64,000 nt of DNA, from assembly GCA_030390025.1 (NCBI GenBank), contig JASTWF010000035.1:2356001-2420000 (forward strand), in the 5' to 3' direction. The notes under the pieces are model-generated. The model was not told where the DNA came from. It did not search any database and was given only the letters and a program-made list of their open reading frames with translations. Positions 35,239 to 47,530 of this stretch are shown piece after piece. This DNA comes from Squalus acanthias (taxonomy: Eukaryota). The translations under genes were made by a program, and so were the position numbers. Numbering within the stretch: position 1 is the stretch's first letter; every line of letters begins with the position of its first letter.

Positions 35239-36407
35239 TTGCAAAGAGAATATGGGGGCTGCACTGATTGGGGGCGTCGTCCTGCTCCAGCTGAATCGGA
35301 GGATACAGAGACGCAGAGAGTGGCAATGATGGCCAGACGGAGGAGGGCCAACAGGCGTATGTACAGGAGAGCTTACCCTCCCAGGGTATATCGTGAACAG
35401 CTCTCCTACATCCATATGTCTGAGGAGCTGTGTTTGCGAAGGCTGCGATTCAGCAAGGAGCTGGTCACTGAGCTCTGCCACCTGCTGCAGCCAGATCTGC
35501 AGCCTCAACTGAGGTCCAGGACGTCTCTGTCGGTGGCAGTGAAGGTCACAGTGGCTCTCAACTTTTACGCTACTGGCTCATTTCAAGCTGCTGCTGGGGA
35601 CCTCGCCAATATCTCCCAGTTCGCGGTGCATTGCTGCATCCGGCAGGTCACAAATGCCCTCTTTAAAAGGAGACGAGAGTTCATCTCTTTCCCCATGACC
35701 CCAGACAAGCAGCGTGACCGCGCTCTGGGCTTTGCGAGGGTAGCGGGCTTCCCCATGGTGCAGGGCGCCATTGACTGCACGCATGTGGCTTTGCGTGCTC
35801 CGCATGAGAATGCCGAGGAATTCCGGAACAGAAAGGGGTTCCATTCCTTGAATGTTCAGTTGGTCTGTGACCACAGACAGCTGATACTCGCTGTCAATGC
35901 CCACTATCCTGGCAGCTGCCACGATGCTTTTATCCTGCGCCAGACTACTGTGGCAGAACTTTTCGAGGCACCGTATCAGCCAGTTGGTTGGCTTCTCGGG
36001 GACAAGGGGTATGCATTGAGCACCTGGCTGATGACACCGCTCCGTACGCCCAACACCCCTGCTGAGCTGCGGTACAATGAGAGCCATCAAGCTACCAGGA
36101 ACATAATTGAGCGCACAATCGGCGTGCTGAAGCAACGGTTCCGCTGTCTCGACCATTCTGGAGGAGCCCTGCAGTACTCGCCTGAGAGAGTATCCAACTT
36201 CGTAGTCGTGTGCTGCATGTTGCATACATGGCAATCCTCAGGACCCAGCCAATGCCACCAGGCCTTGGAGCACCACCAGAGGAGGAGGAGGAAGAGGAGG
36301 AAGAGGACGAGGAGGATGATCATCAGCAGCACCAAGGCGGGAGGGCGGCCCACAATGGTCAAACTGCAAGGGCCGTCCGTCAACGGCTAATAGCAAGCCG
36401 CTTCTAG
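35239..36407 (+). CDS. Harbinger DDE transposase (HARBI1-like); 1-nt frameshift at ~36226; start codon uncertain
   Basis: GFPMVQGAIDCTH, NRKGFHSLNVQ, PGSCHD, LGDKGY, TRNIIERTIGVLKQRFRCL; restoring one A gives CCMLHNMAI... and an acidic tail. Confidence 0.93.
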
Positions 36408-36719
36408 GGCCCCTGCTGTGGAAATGACTTCTGCCATTGCTAACAACATTAATGAACCCAGCACGCAACCCCTAAGCCGGCCAAGGCACCAATAATTCCA
36501 ACCACCAACCATGTATATTTTGAATACAGAAACTTATTTATTTTACAAACTCTGTGTGTGTCAATTCCTCACGACAAACTCATAGAAATAAACACAAAAA
36601 AACAGTCAATAACATAACTGGTTCTCACAACCTGGAGATAATGTCCAAAACACTAAACAAAAGTTGGACCATGAACCTCGACCTTTAATAAAAAAATGAC
36701 CAGCATTTTGTCACACCTC

Positions 36720-38488
36720 CTACTTTTTGCCCTTCGAGGGTGATCTCCTTCCCTTGCACACTTCCCCCCTTCTAACCCTACTGCTCCTCCGTAATGGGAC
36801 CTCAGTGGCTGCAGCAAGGCTGGTGGAAGGCTGCTGCTCATCAGACCCTGACACTGCAGATGCCCCTGAAGGACGGCCTCGACCAGTTCTGGGCCTGGAG
36901 GGCCCGGCTGCAGACTGCACCAACTCTGCATGGGCGGCAGCAGTCTGTCCTACAGGCGGTGGCAAGTGCAGTGGGGAAGTGACAGTGTTGGCAGCAGGAA
37001 TGCTGTCATCATGAGAGAGGCCAGCAACTCCCTGCTCGCCCGACACACTGGCACTCCCACGGGGCAGCACTTCAGCATCCGGAGCAATCTGCTGGAGAAC
37101 AGATTGCTGGCCTGCTGCGGCGCGGTGACAGCCCCGGGGACATGTGCACGAACCATCGAGGTTGGCAGCAGTCTGTGCTCGCGTGGCCTCCATCTGAGTC
37201 TGTATGAGAGCAGTCAGAGGTGGGATCACGGCAGCCAGTGACTGAATTGCAGCACTAAGCGTTAGTGTGGCATCCGCCTGTGCTACAGCGAAGTGCTCCA
37301 CACTCCTTGCCAGTGACTCAATGCATTCGGGCACCCTTCCCACTGCACCCATGAGCTCAGTGTGCATGCCCACCGCCTGGGTGTTCATTTCTGCAATCAG
37401 CCGCTCCTCCTCTGCGTCCATTGCAGTAGGAGTGTCTGGCATACTCTCCCTCTGGGGAGAAGGCCCCCGTTCTTCCCTACCCCCCCCATGGCGTTGCTGC
37501 AGCCCGCTGGGTCCTGGAGCTTCACCATCATCAGCCCCTTCCCCCCTGCTCCCCTCCAGGGAAGGCGTGTTCCCAGTGTGGGCATGGGCTTCCTCGGGAG
37601 AGGGTGGCACTGATGCTCCGGCTTCCTCTTCCTCCTCGGCTGCAGCATCACTCCCAGTGGCAGCTTCAGGGCCCGTCTCCTCAGCTGGTGAATCACCATC
37701 TGAAAGCAGGGAGGTACAAGAGTGGCTTTAGCGTGAGGACAGGGTGGCAGTAAGGGAGGAATAAGTGCAGCGAGTTAGCAAGTTGGATTGAAAGTGTCAA
37801 AGGCTGGTGTTGTGAGGGACAAGTGGAAGGACAGAGGACAAAAAGGTGATGACCTTACCATTGCTGTCCAGAACGGGGTCGGCGTCTCCAGTGGCGACGG
37901 GACCGATCACCCGGCTTGCCACAATCCTGTGGACGCGCTCCTCAAGATCGCTGAGGGGTTGCAGCTGAGGCCGCCCTCCACCTGTCCGTTGCTGCTGTCT
38001 CCGATTATGCGCCAGCTTGGCCTGTAAGAAAAAGGACAGCATCTGAGTAAATATACAGCCATGGTCTTGCCTGATGTGCCTCCCATAGGTGAATAGCCCT
38101 TACTGTATGCAAAGTGTGGAATGTGTGTGTGTGTTTCATGAAAGGGCCATAGGTGTTGGATGAGTGTTGTGCATTGGGGTTTTAAGACCCTCTGGCCATA
38201 GAGTGAGGTTGAGATGGAGGGATGGAGAGGTATTGAGAAAAAGCCACTCACCCTGACGACCCGAGTGAGGTCGTTGAACTTTTTGCGGCATTGAGTATGG
38301 GTCCTGGGCACCATGCTCCTGGAGGAGACGCTCTGAGCCACCTCCCTCCACACTCTTCTGCACTCGCATGGCAAAGGCCTCCTGCCACTCTCAGGGAAGA
38401 GCATACATCTTCTGCGCTCCACCGCGCCAACCAGAGCATCCAAGGCCCGCTCGGTGAAGCGATGAGCTCGTTCTCTCACCCTCTCCAT
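36720..38488 (-). CDS. Harbinger Myb/SANT DNA-binding protein; exons 38488-38252, 38021-37859, 37699-36720 (459 aa spliced)
   Basis: RAHRFTERALDALV...WREVA...RTHTQCRKKFNDL; GT-AG introns give 237+163+980 = 1380 nt in frame; basic C-terminus. Confidence 0.88.
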
Positions 38489-39360
38489 CTTTGGCAGCAA
38501 AATGGATTCACAGGTCTCTCCAGGCCGAGATTCAAGGCTGCAATGAGCAGGGTGTGGCTGGGGAGCAAGTTGGCCCCCCCCGCTTTAAGAACTGGCCGGC
38601 GCCAGTGTGTCTGTGTTCCCTCGCTAACTGGCAGCAGCTGCGCTGCGCTCGCGCGCTGAGTTAGCGCCTCACTGCTCGGCCTTTGCGCCTTAAGACAGGT
38701 GTGCAGCGCCTGATTTAGCGCTCCACTCACCTCCCGGGGCGGTAAACGTGAAGTTTCCAGTCAGTGCCGATAATTAGCGCCAGGCGCTAATATTTGCGTC
38801 CAGACGATATTTGCGCCCCAAATGGGGCGCGACCTAATTTTTCCCCCTAAGGAGTCAGCAAAGGGATATAGATAGGTTAAGTGAGTGGGCAAGAATTTGG
38901 CAGATGGAGTATAATGTGGGAAAATGTGAAGTTATCCACTTTAGTAGGAAGAATAGAAAAGAAAACTATTATTTAAATGGAGAAAGACTACAGAATGCAG
39001 CGGTACAGAGGGATTTGGGTGTCCTCGTACATGAAACACAAAAAGTTAACATGCAGGTGCAGCAAGTATTTAGGAAGGCAAATGGAATGTTGGTCTTTAT
39101 TTCAAGGGGGATAGAGTGTAAAAGTAAGGAAGTCTTGCTACAACTGTACAGGGCACTGGTGAGACCATACCTAGAGTATTGCGTACAGTTTTCGTCCCCT
39201 TATTTAAGGAGGGATATACTTGCATTGCAGGCAGTTCAGAGAAAGTTCACTAGGTTGATTCCTGGGATGGAAGGGTTGTCTTATGAGGAAAGGTTGAGCA
39301 GGTTGGGCCTACACTCATTGGAGTTTAGAAAAATGAGAGGTGATCTTATTGAAACATATA

Positions 39361-40005
39361 GGGGGAGAAATTCGGTATTGCCCCGTTTGGGGCGCAATTA
39401 TCGGCCGGGCACAAAGTTTAGCGCCTGCCGCTAATTATCGCCTCCGACTGCAAACTTGGCTTCTATCGCCCCTGGAGGTGACTGGAGCGCTAAATCAGGC
39501 GCTACACACCTCCCTTAAGGCGCTAACGCCGAGAAGCGAGGCGCTACCTCAGAGCGCTGGCGAAGCTCAGGTGATGTCAGTTAGCAATGGAACACAGACA
39601 CACTGGCACCAGCCAGTTCTTAAAGGGCAGGGTCGATCTTGCTCTCCATCCACACCCTGCTCATTGCAGCCTTGAATCTCGGCCTGGAGAGACCTGTACA
39701 TCAATTCTGCTAGAAAGAACAATGGAGAGGCCCAAGGAAAGAGCTCAGAGTGCAACCCCCCATAGTCTCTTCGAAATCGATGCAATTAGAAGGTCAAATC
39801 AAAATGAACCTGGAAAGTGCTGCTCAGTACCCAAAACTCCTTCACACAGCATTGAATCTCTCTAGAAGTCTCTCTCCTTCTCTCAGAATGCGTGGTACAA
39901 AAATGTCGCCGACAAAAAAAGGCAGGAAGCAGCCGCCTTTAAATAGCGTTCCCCCAGTCCCTTAGGGCGCTAACGGGAGGCGCAAAGCAACCAAATTTTT
40001 CCCCC
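39361..40005. mobile_element. Non-autonomous Harbinger, opposite orientation to 24214-25108
   Basis: GGGGGAGAAATT / AATTTTTCCCCC TIRs; ATA TSD. Confidence 0.9.
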
Positions 40006-40955
40006 ATAAGATTCTGAGGGGGTTGGACAAGGTAGATGCTGAGAGGATGTTTCCCCTCATCAGGGAATCTAGGACGAGGGGTCATAGTCTCAGAATAAGG
40101 GGGTCGCCCATTTAAGACGGAGATGAGGAGGAATTTCTTCTCTCAGAGGGTCGTGAATCTTTGGAATTCTTTACCCTAGAGAGCTGTGGAAGCTGAGTCA
40201 TTAAATATATTCAAGGCGGAGATAGACAGATTTTTGAGCAACAGGGGAGTCGAGGGTTATGGGGAACGGGCAGGAAAGTGGAGTTGAGGCTAAAATCGGA
40301 TCAGCCATGATCTCATTAAATGGCGGAGCAGGCTCGAGGGGCCGAATGGCCCGCTCCTGCTCCTATTTCTTACGTTCTTTTGTTCTTATAAGGTGCTACA
40401 CAAGAGGTTATTAAACAAAATTAGGGCTCATGGGATTGGGGGTAATATATGAGCATGGATTGAGGATTGGTTAACGGACAGAAAGCAGAGAGCAGGAATA
40501 AAGGGTCATTAACGGGTTGGCAGGCTGTAACTAGTGAGGTACCGCAAGGATCAGTGCTTGGGCCTCAGCTATTCACAATCTACATCAATGATTTGGATGA
40601 GGGGACCAAATGTAATATATCCAAGTTTGCTGATGATACAAAGCTGGGTGGGAATGTAAGTTGTGAGGAGGCAGCAAGGAGGCGTCAAGGGGATACAGAC
40701 AGGCTAAGTGAGTGGGCAAGAACATGGCAAATGGAATATTATGTGGAGAAATGTGAAGTTATCCACTTTGGTAGGAAAATAGAAAAGCAGAGTATTTTAT
40801 AAATGGTGAGAGATTGGGAAATGTTGTTTGTTTTCAGGGACCTGGGTGTCTGTGTACACTAATCACTGAAAGTTAACATGCAGGTACAGCAGGCAATTAG
40901 GAAAGCAAATGGTATGTTGGCCTCTATTACAAGAGGATTTCAGAATAAGAGTAAA

Positions 40956-42183
40956 CATAGAAGATAGGAGCAGGAGTAGGCCATTCGGCCCCTCGAGCCT
41001 GCTCCGTCATTTAATGAGATCATGGCTGATCATCCAAATTCAGTACCCTGTCCCTGCTTTCTCCCCATATCCGTTGATCGCTTTAGCCTTAAGAAATGTA
41101 TCTAACTCATTCTTGAATATATTTAATGAATTGGCCTCAACTGCCTTGTGTGGTAGAGAATTCCACAGGTTCACCACTCTCTGGGTGAAGAAATTCCTCC
41201 TCATCTCAGTCCTAAATGGCTTACCCCTTATCCTTAGACTGTGACCCCTGGTTCTGGACTCCCCCGCCATCGGGAACATCCTTCCTGCATCAAGTCTGTC
41301 TAGTTCTGTTAGAATTTTATAAGTTTCAATGAGATCCCCTCTCATTCTTCTAAACTCCAGCGAATATAAGCCCAATCGACCCAATCTCTCCTCATACGTC
41401 ATTCCTGCCATCCCAGGTATCAGTCTGGTGAATCTTCGCTGCACACCCTCCATGGCAAGAACATCCTTCCTCAGGTAAGGCGACCAAAACTGCATACAGT
41501 ACTCAAGGTGTGGTCTCACCAAGGCCCTGTATAACTGCAGCAAGACATCCTTGCTCCTGTACTCGAATCCTCTCGCTATGAAGGCCAACATACCATTTGC
41601 CTTCTTCACCGCCTGCTGCACCTGCATGCTTACCTTCAGCGACTGGAGCACAAGGACACCCAGGTCTCGTTGCACTTCCCCTTCTCCCAATCTATTGCCA
41701 TTCAGATAATAATCTGCCTTCCTGTTTTTGCCACCAAAGTAGATAACCTCGCATTTATCCACATTATACTGCATCTGCCATGCATCTGCCCAATCACCCA
41801 ACCTGTCCAAATCATACTGGAGTTTCTCGGCATCCTCCTCACAGCACACACGCCCACCCAGCTTTGTGTTATCTGCAAACTTGGAGATATTACATCTAGT
41901 TCCCTCGTCTAGATCATTAATATATATTGTGAATAGCTGGGGTCCTAGCACCGATCCCTGTGGTACCCCACTAGTCACTGCCTGCCACTCGGAAAAAGAC
42001 CCGTTTATTTCAACTCTTTGCTTCCTGTCTGCCAACCAGTTCTCTATCCAAGTCAGTACCTTGCCCCCAATCCCATGTGCTTTAACTTTGCACGCTAATC
42101 TCTTATGCGGGACCTTATCGAAAGCCTTCTGAAAGTCGAAATACACCACATCCACTGGTTCTCCCTTATCTATTCTACCAGTA
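40956..42183 (-). mobile_element. 5'-truncated CR1 nested in an older + CR1 (40389-40955, 42186-42218, 46773-46948)
   Basis: Open 371-aa RT C-terminus; AGTAAA duplicated at both ends. Confidence 0.92.
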
Positions 42184-42218
42184 AAGATGTCTTGCTGTAA
42201 TTATATAGGGCCCTGGTC

Positions 42219-45200
42219 AGCGGCGAGGCGGCAGAGGCGGCGGACCTGCGAGGGAACAGAGGCGGCGAGCGGCGGTACTTAAGGTGAGCCCCGAGGCGGC
42301 AGCGAGGCCTAGAGCGGCGAGGAGGCAGAGGCGGCGGACCTGCGAGGGAACAGAGGCGGCGAGCGGCGGTACTTAAGGTGAGCCCCGAGGCGGCAGCGAG
42401 GCCTAGAGCGGCGAGGAGGCAGAGGCGGCGGACCTGCGAGGGAACAGAGGCGGCGAGCGGCGCTACTTAAGGTGAGCCCCGAGGCGGTTTACAAATCCAG
42501 GTTCCGGGAGAGGGAAGCAAAAAGTATTCGTAGTGTGACATCACAAAAAGCAGGTAAGTGATTGGTTGGTGAGTGTTTTCTTTCTCAATTTTTCTAAACT
42601 TAAATTTTGTGGTTTCTACGGTCTCTTTGTGTAGCGGGGACTACTGTTAAGCAAGGGCCCTTGAGTATATCACTTAATTCCAGTGTAATTGGTTGGATAT
42701 ATTTAATTTAAATTTAATTTTAATTAAATAATTAATTAAAGGGTAAGTCATGGCAGGACAGCTTGGTGCTGTGACATGCTCTTCCTGCACTATGTGGGAA
42801 ATCAGGGACACTTCCTGTGTCCCTGACAACTATGTGTGCGGGAGGTGTATCCAGCTGCAGCTACTGACAGACCGCATTGTGGTGCTGGAGCTGCGGATGG
42901 ATGCATACTGGAGCATTTGCGATGCTGAGGACATCGTGGATAGCACGCTTAGGGAGTTGGTCACACCGCAGGTAAAGGGTGTACAGGCAGGAAGGGAATG
43001 GGTGACCACCAGGCAGAGTAATAGGCGCTGGGAGGTAGTGCAGGGGTCCCCTGTGGCCATCCTCCTCTCAAACAGATATACCGCTTTGGATATTGTTGAG
43101 GGAGATGGCTTAACAGGGGAAGACAGCAGCAGCCAACTTCCTAGCACCGTGGGTGGTTCTGCTGCACAGGATGGGAGGAAAAAGAGTGGGAGAGCTATAG
43201 TGATAGGGGATTCTATTGTAATGGGAATAGATAGGCGTTTCTGCGGCCGCAAACGAGACTCCAGGATGGTATGTTGCCTCCCTGGTGCAAGGGTCAAGGA
43301 TGTCTCAGAGCGGCAACAGAGCATTTTGGAAGGGGAGGGTGAACAGCCAGTTGTCGTGGTGCATATAGGTATCAACGATATAGGTAAAAAACGGGATGAG
43401 GTCCTAACAGCAGAATATAGGGAGTTAGGAGGTAAATTAAAAAATAGGACCTCAAAGGTAGTAATCTCAGGATTGCTACCAGTGCCACGTGCTAGTCAGA
43501 GTAGACATAGAAGGATATTTCAAATGAATACGTGGCTAGAGGAATGGTACAAGGGGGAGGGATTCAAATTCCTGGGGCATTGGAACCGGTTCTGGGGGAG
43601 GTGGGACCAGTACAAACCGGACGGTCTACACCTGGGCAGGGCCGGGACCGATGTCCTAGGGGGAGTGTTTGCGAGTGCTCTGGGGGAGGGTTTAAACTAA
43701 AATGGCAGGAGGTTGGGAACCTGAGCAGGGAGACAGAGGAAAGGGAAACAAGGATAAAAGCAAAAGATAGGAAGGAGAAAAACAAAAGTGGCAGTCAGAG
43801 AAAACAACGGTTTAAATCAAACATGGCCACAGTAAATATTAATTCTAATAGGTCTAAGAGCGTTATAAAAACAAGCCTGAAGGCTTTGTGTCTTAATGCA
43901 AGGAGCATTCGGAACAAGGTGGATGAATTAGCTGCGCAAATAGAGGTAAACGAAGATGATTTGATTGGGATTACAGAAACATGGCTCCAGGGTGGCCAAG
44001 GCTGGGAACTCAACATCCAGGGGTACTCAATATTTAGGAAAGATAGGCAAAAAGGAAAGGGAGGTGGGGTAGCATTGCTGGTTGAAGAGGGGATTAACAC
44101 AATTGAAAGGAAGGATATTAGCTCTGATGATGTGGAATCTGTATGGGTTGAACTGAGAAAGAACAAGGGGCAGAAAACGTTTTTGGGAGTGATATATCGA
44201 CCTCCAAACAGTAATGTGGAGGTTGGGGATGGCATTAAAAGGGAAATTAGAGAAGCGTGCAATAACGGCACAGCAATCATCATGGGTGACTTTAATCTAC
44301 ATATAGATTGGGCTAACCAAATTAGTAACAATACTATGGAGGAGGAATTCCTGGAGTGTTTACGGGATGGTTTCCTGGACCAATATGTCGAGGAACCAAC
44401 CAGAGATCAGGCCATCTTAGACTGGGTATTATGCAATGATAAAGGATTAATTAGCAATCTTATTGTGCGAGGCCCCTTGGGTCGGAGCGATCATAATATG
44501 ATCGAATTCTTCATTAGGATGGAGAGTGAAGTAGTTGACTCAGAGACTAGGGTCCTGAATTTAAATAAAGGAAACTACGATGGTATGAGGTGTGAGTTGG
44601 GTAGGATTGATTGGGGAATGTCACTTAAAGGGTTGACGGTGGATAGGCAATGGCAAATATTCAAAGACAGCATGGACGAACTACAGAATTTGTTCATCCC
44701 AGTTTGGCATAAGAATAAAACAAAAAGGGTGACTCAACCGTGGCTAACAAGGGAAATTAGGGATCGCGTAAGATCCAAGGAGAGGGCATATAAATTGGCC
44801 AGAAAAAGCAGTAACCCTGAGGATTGGGAGCAGTTTAAGATTCAACAAAGGAGGACAAAGGGATTAATTAAGAAGGGGAAAATAGAATACGAGAGTAAGC
44901 TTGCAGGGAACATAAAAACTGACTAAAAGCTTTTATAGATATGTGAAGAGAAAAAGATTAGTGAAATCAAGCATAGGTCCCTTGCAGTCAGAATCAGGGG
45001 AACTTATAATGGGGAACAAAGAAATGTCAGGCCAAATAAATACATATTTTGGTTCAGTCTTCACAAAGGAGGACACAAATAACCTCCCAGAGTTGTTGGG
45101 GAACATAGGGTCTGATGAAAGGGAGGAACTGAAAGAAATCAGTATTTGTAGGGAAATGGTGTTAGGGAAATTGAAGGGATTGAAGGCCGATAAATCCCCA

Positions 45201-46772
45201 GGGCCTGATAATCTACATCCCAGGGTACTTAAGGAAGTGGCCCTAGAAATAGTAGATGCATTGCTGATCATCTTCCAACATTCGATGGAATCTGGAACAG
45301 TACCCATGGATTGGAGGGTAGCTAATGTTACCCCACTATTCAAAAAGAGTGGTAGAGAGAAAACAGGGAATCACAGACCGGTAAGCCTGATGTCGGTAGT
45401 GGGGAAAATGTTAGAGTACATTATAAAAGATGTAATAGCTGAGCACTTGCAAAACAGTGACAGGATCGGACAAAGTCAACATGGATTTACAAAAGGTAAA
45501 TCATGCTTGACTAATCTACTGGAATTTTTTGAGGATGTAACTGGTAAAATAGATAAGGGAGAACCAGTGGATGTGGTGTATTTGGACTTCCAAAAGGCTT
45601 TTGATAAGGTCCTGCATAAGAGATTAGCGTGTAAAGTTAAGGCACATGGGATTGGGGGCAAGGTATTGACTTGGATAGAGAACTGGTTGGCAGACAGAAA
45701 GCAAAGAGTTGGAATAAACGGGTCTTTTTCCGAGTGGCAGGCAGTGACTAGTGGGGTACCGCAGGGATCGGTCATTGGACCCCAGCTATTCACAATATAT
45801 ATTAATGATCTAGACAAGGGAACTAGATGTAATATCTCCAAGTTTGCAGACGACACAAAACTGGGTGGGCGTGTGTGCTGCGAGGAGGATGCCGAGAAAC
45901 TCCAGGATGATTTGGACAGGTTGGGTGATTGGGCAGAAGCGTGGCAGATGCAATATAATGTGGATAAATGCGAGGTTATCCACTTTGGTGTCAAAAACAG
46001 GAAGGCAGATTATTATCTGAATGGCAATAGATTGGGAGAAGGGGAAGTGCAACGAGACCTGGGTGTCCTTGTGCACCAGTCGCTGAAGGTAAGCATGCAG
46101 GTGCAGCAGGCGGTGAAGAAGGCAAATGGTATGTTGGCCTTCACAGCGAGAGGGTTTGAGTACAGGAACAAGGATGTCTTGCTGCAGTTGTACAGGGCCT
46201 TGGTGAGACCACACCTTGAGTACTGTGTGCAGTTTTGGTCGCCTTATCTGAGGAAGGATGTTCTTGCCATGGAAGGAGTTCAGCGAAGATTCACAAGGCT
46301 GATACCTGGGATGGCAGGAATGATGTATGAAGAGAGATTGGGTCGATTGGGCTTATACTCGCTGGAGTTTAGAAGAATGAGAGGGGATCTCATTGAAACT
46401 TATAAAATTGACAGGACAGAAGAAACTAGATGCAGGAAGAATGTTCCCGATGGTCGGGGAGTCCAGAACCAGGGGTCACAGTCTAAGGATAAGGGGTAAG
46501 CCATTTAGGACAGAAATAAGGAGGAATTTCTTCACCCAGAGAGTGGTGAACCTGTGGAATTCTCTGCCACAGAAGGCAGTAGAGGCCAATTCATTAAATA
46601 GATTCAAGAAGGAGTTGGATACATTTCTTAAGGCTAAATGGATCAAGGGATATGGGGAGAAAGCAGGGACAGGATACTGAATTTGGATGATCAGCCATGA
46701 TCGCATTGAATGGCGGAGCAGGCTAGAGGGGCCGAATGGCCTACTCCTGCTCCTATCTTCTATGATTCTATG
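42219..46772 (+). mobile_element. Full-length CR1 LINE (second subfamily); ORF2 frameshifted at ~44924 and ~46408
   Basis: 94-bp 5' monomers, ORF1, APE + RT motifs, CTATGATT tail. Confidence 0.95.
42750..43700 (+). CDS. CR1 ORF1p (SGNH esterase)
   Basis: CSSCTMWE..CGRC, IGDSI, CLPGARV, HIGIND, DGLHL. Confidence 0.92.
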   Translation: MAGQLGAVTCSSCTMWEIRDTSCVPDNYVCGRCIQLQLLTDRIVVLELRMDAYWSICDAEDIVDSTLRELVTPQVKGVQAGREWVTTRQSNRRWEVVQGSPVAILLSNRYTALDIVEGDGLTGEDSSSQLPSTVGGSAAQDGRKKSGRAIVIGDSIVMGIDRRFCGRKRDSRMVCCLPGARVKDVSERQQSILEGEGEQPVVVVHIGINDIGKKRDEVLTAEYRELGGKLKNRTSKVVISGLLPVPRASQSRHRRIFQMNTWLEEWYKGEGFKFLGHWNRFWGRWDQYKPDGLHLGRAGTDVLGGVFASALGEGLN

Positions 46773-46948
46773 ACTTGCCATAGAGGGAGTGCAACAAAGG
46801 TTCACCTGACTGGTTCCTGGGATGGTGAGATTGTTCTATGAGAGCAGATTGAGCAGACTAGGCCTATATTCTCTAGTTTAGAAGAATGACAGGTGATCTC
46901 ATTGAAACATACAAATTTCTTACAGGGCTTGACAGGGTAAATCCAGGA

Positions 46949-47530
46949 ATCATAGAATCATAGAAAGTTACAGCACGGAAGGAGGCCATTTCGGCCCATT
47001 GTGTCCGCGCCAGCCAACAAAGAGCTATCCAGCCCAATCCCACTTCCCAGCTCTTGGTCCGTAGCCCTGCAGGTTAGAGCATCCCAAGTGCACATCCAAG
47101 TACTTTTTAAATGTGGTTCGGGTTCCTGCCTCTACCACCCTTTCAGGCAGTGAGTTCCAGACTCCCACAACCCTCTGGGTGAAGAAATATCCCCTCAAAT
47201 CTCCTCTAAACCTTCCCCCAATTATTTGAAATCTATGCCCCCTTGTTTTTGACCCCTCTGCTGAGGGAAATAGGTCCTTTCTATCCACTTTATCTATGCC
47301 CCTCATAATTTTATACACCTCAATCAGGTCCCCCCTCAGCCTCCTCTGTTCCAAGGAAAACAGACCCAGCCTATCCAGTCTTTCCTAATAGCTAAGATTC
47401 TCTACTCCCGGCAACATCCTCGTAAATCTCCTCTGCACCCTCTCTCGTGCAATCACATCTTTCCTGTAATGTGGTGACCAGAACTGCACGCAGTACTCCA
47501 GCTGAGGCCTAGCTAGTGTTTTATACAGTT
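46949..47530 (-). mobile_element. CR1 3' fragment (continues at ~50468-50610 and 51375-51545)
   Basis: ORF2 C-terminal motifs; (ATTCTATG)n tail. Confidence 0.85.

Larger units (their letters stand above)
34744..38847. mobile_element. Near-complete autonomous PIF/Harbinger DNA transposon
   Basis: TAA TSD (34741-43, 38848-50); TIRs GGGGTTAAAAATT / AATTTTTCCCCC; convergent transposase and Myb genes. Confidence 0.95.
33966..40388 (+). mobile_element. CR1 RT fragments hosting two Harbinger insertions (33966-34743, 38848-39360, 40006-40388)
   Basis: RT sequence resumes across both insertions (GAGGAGGACA-TAA-GGAG; GAAACAT-ATA-AGATT). Confidence 0.88.

Noticed and set aside
35578..36234. 218-aa antisense ORF and the many ORFs antisense to CR1/PLE RTs
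   Set aside because: Shadow frames of real TE coding sequence with no recognisable motifs
35239..36407. Domesticated HARBI1 host gene
   Set aside because: Lies within TIRs and a TSD, inserted in a CR1, with a partner Myb gene, so it is a transposon copy
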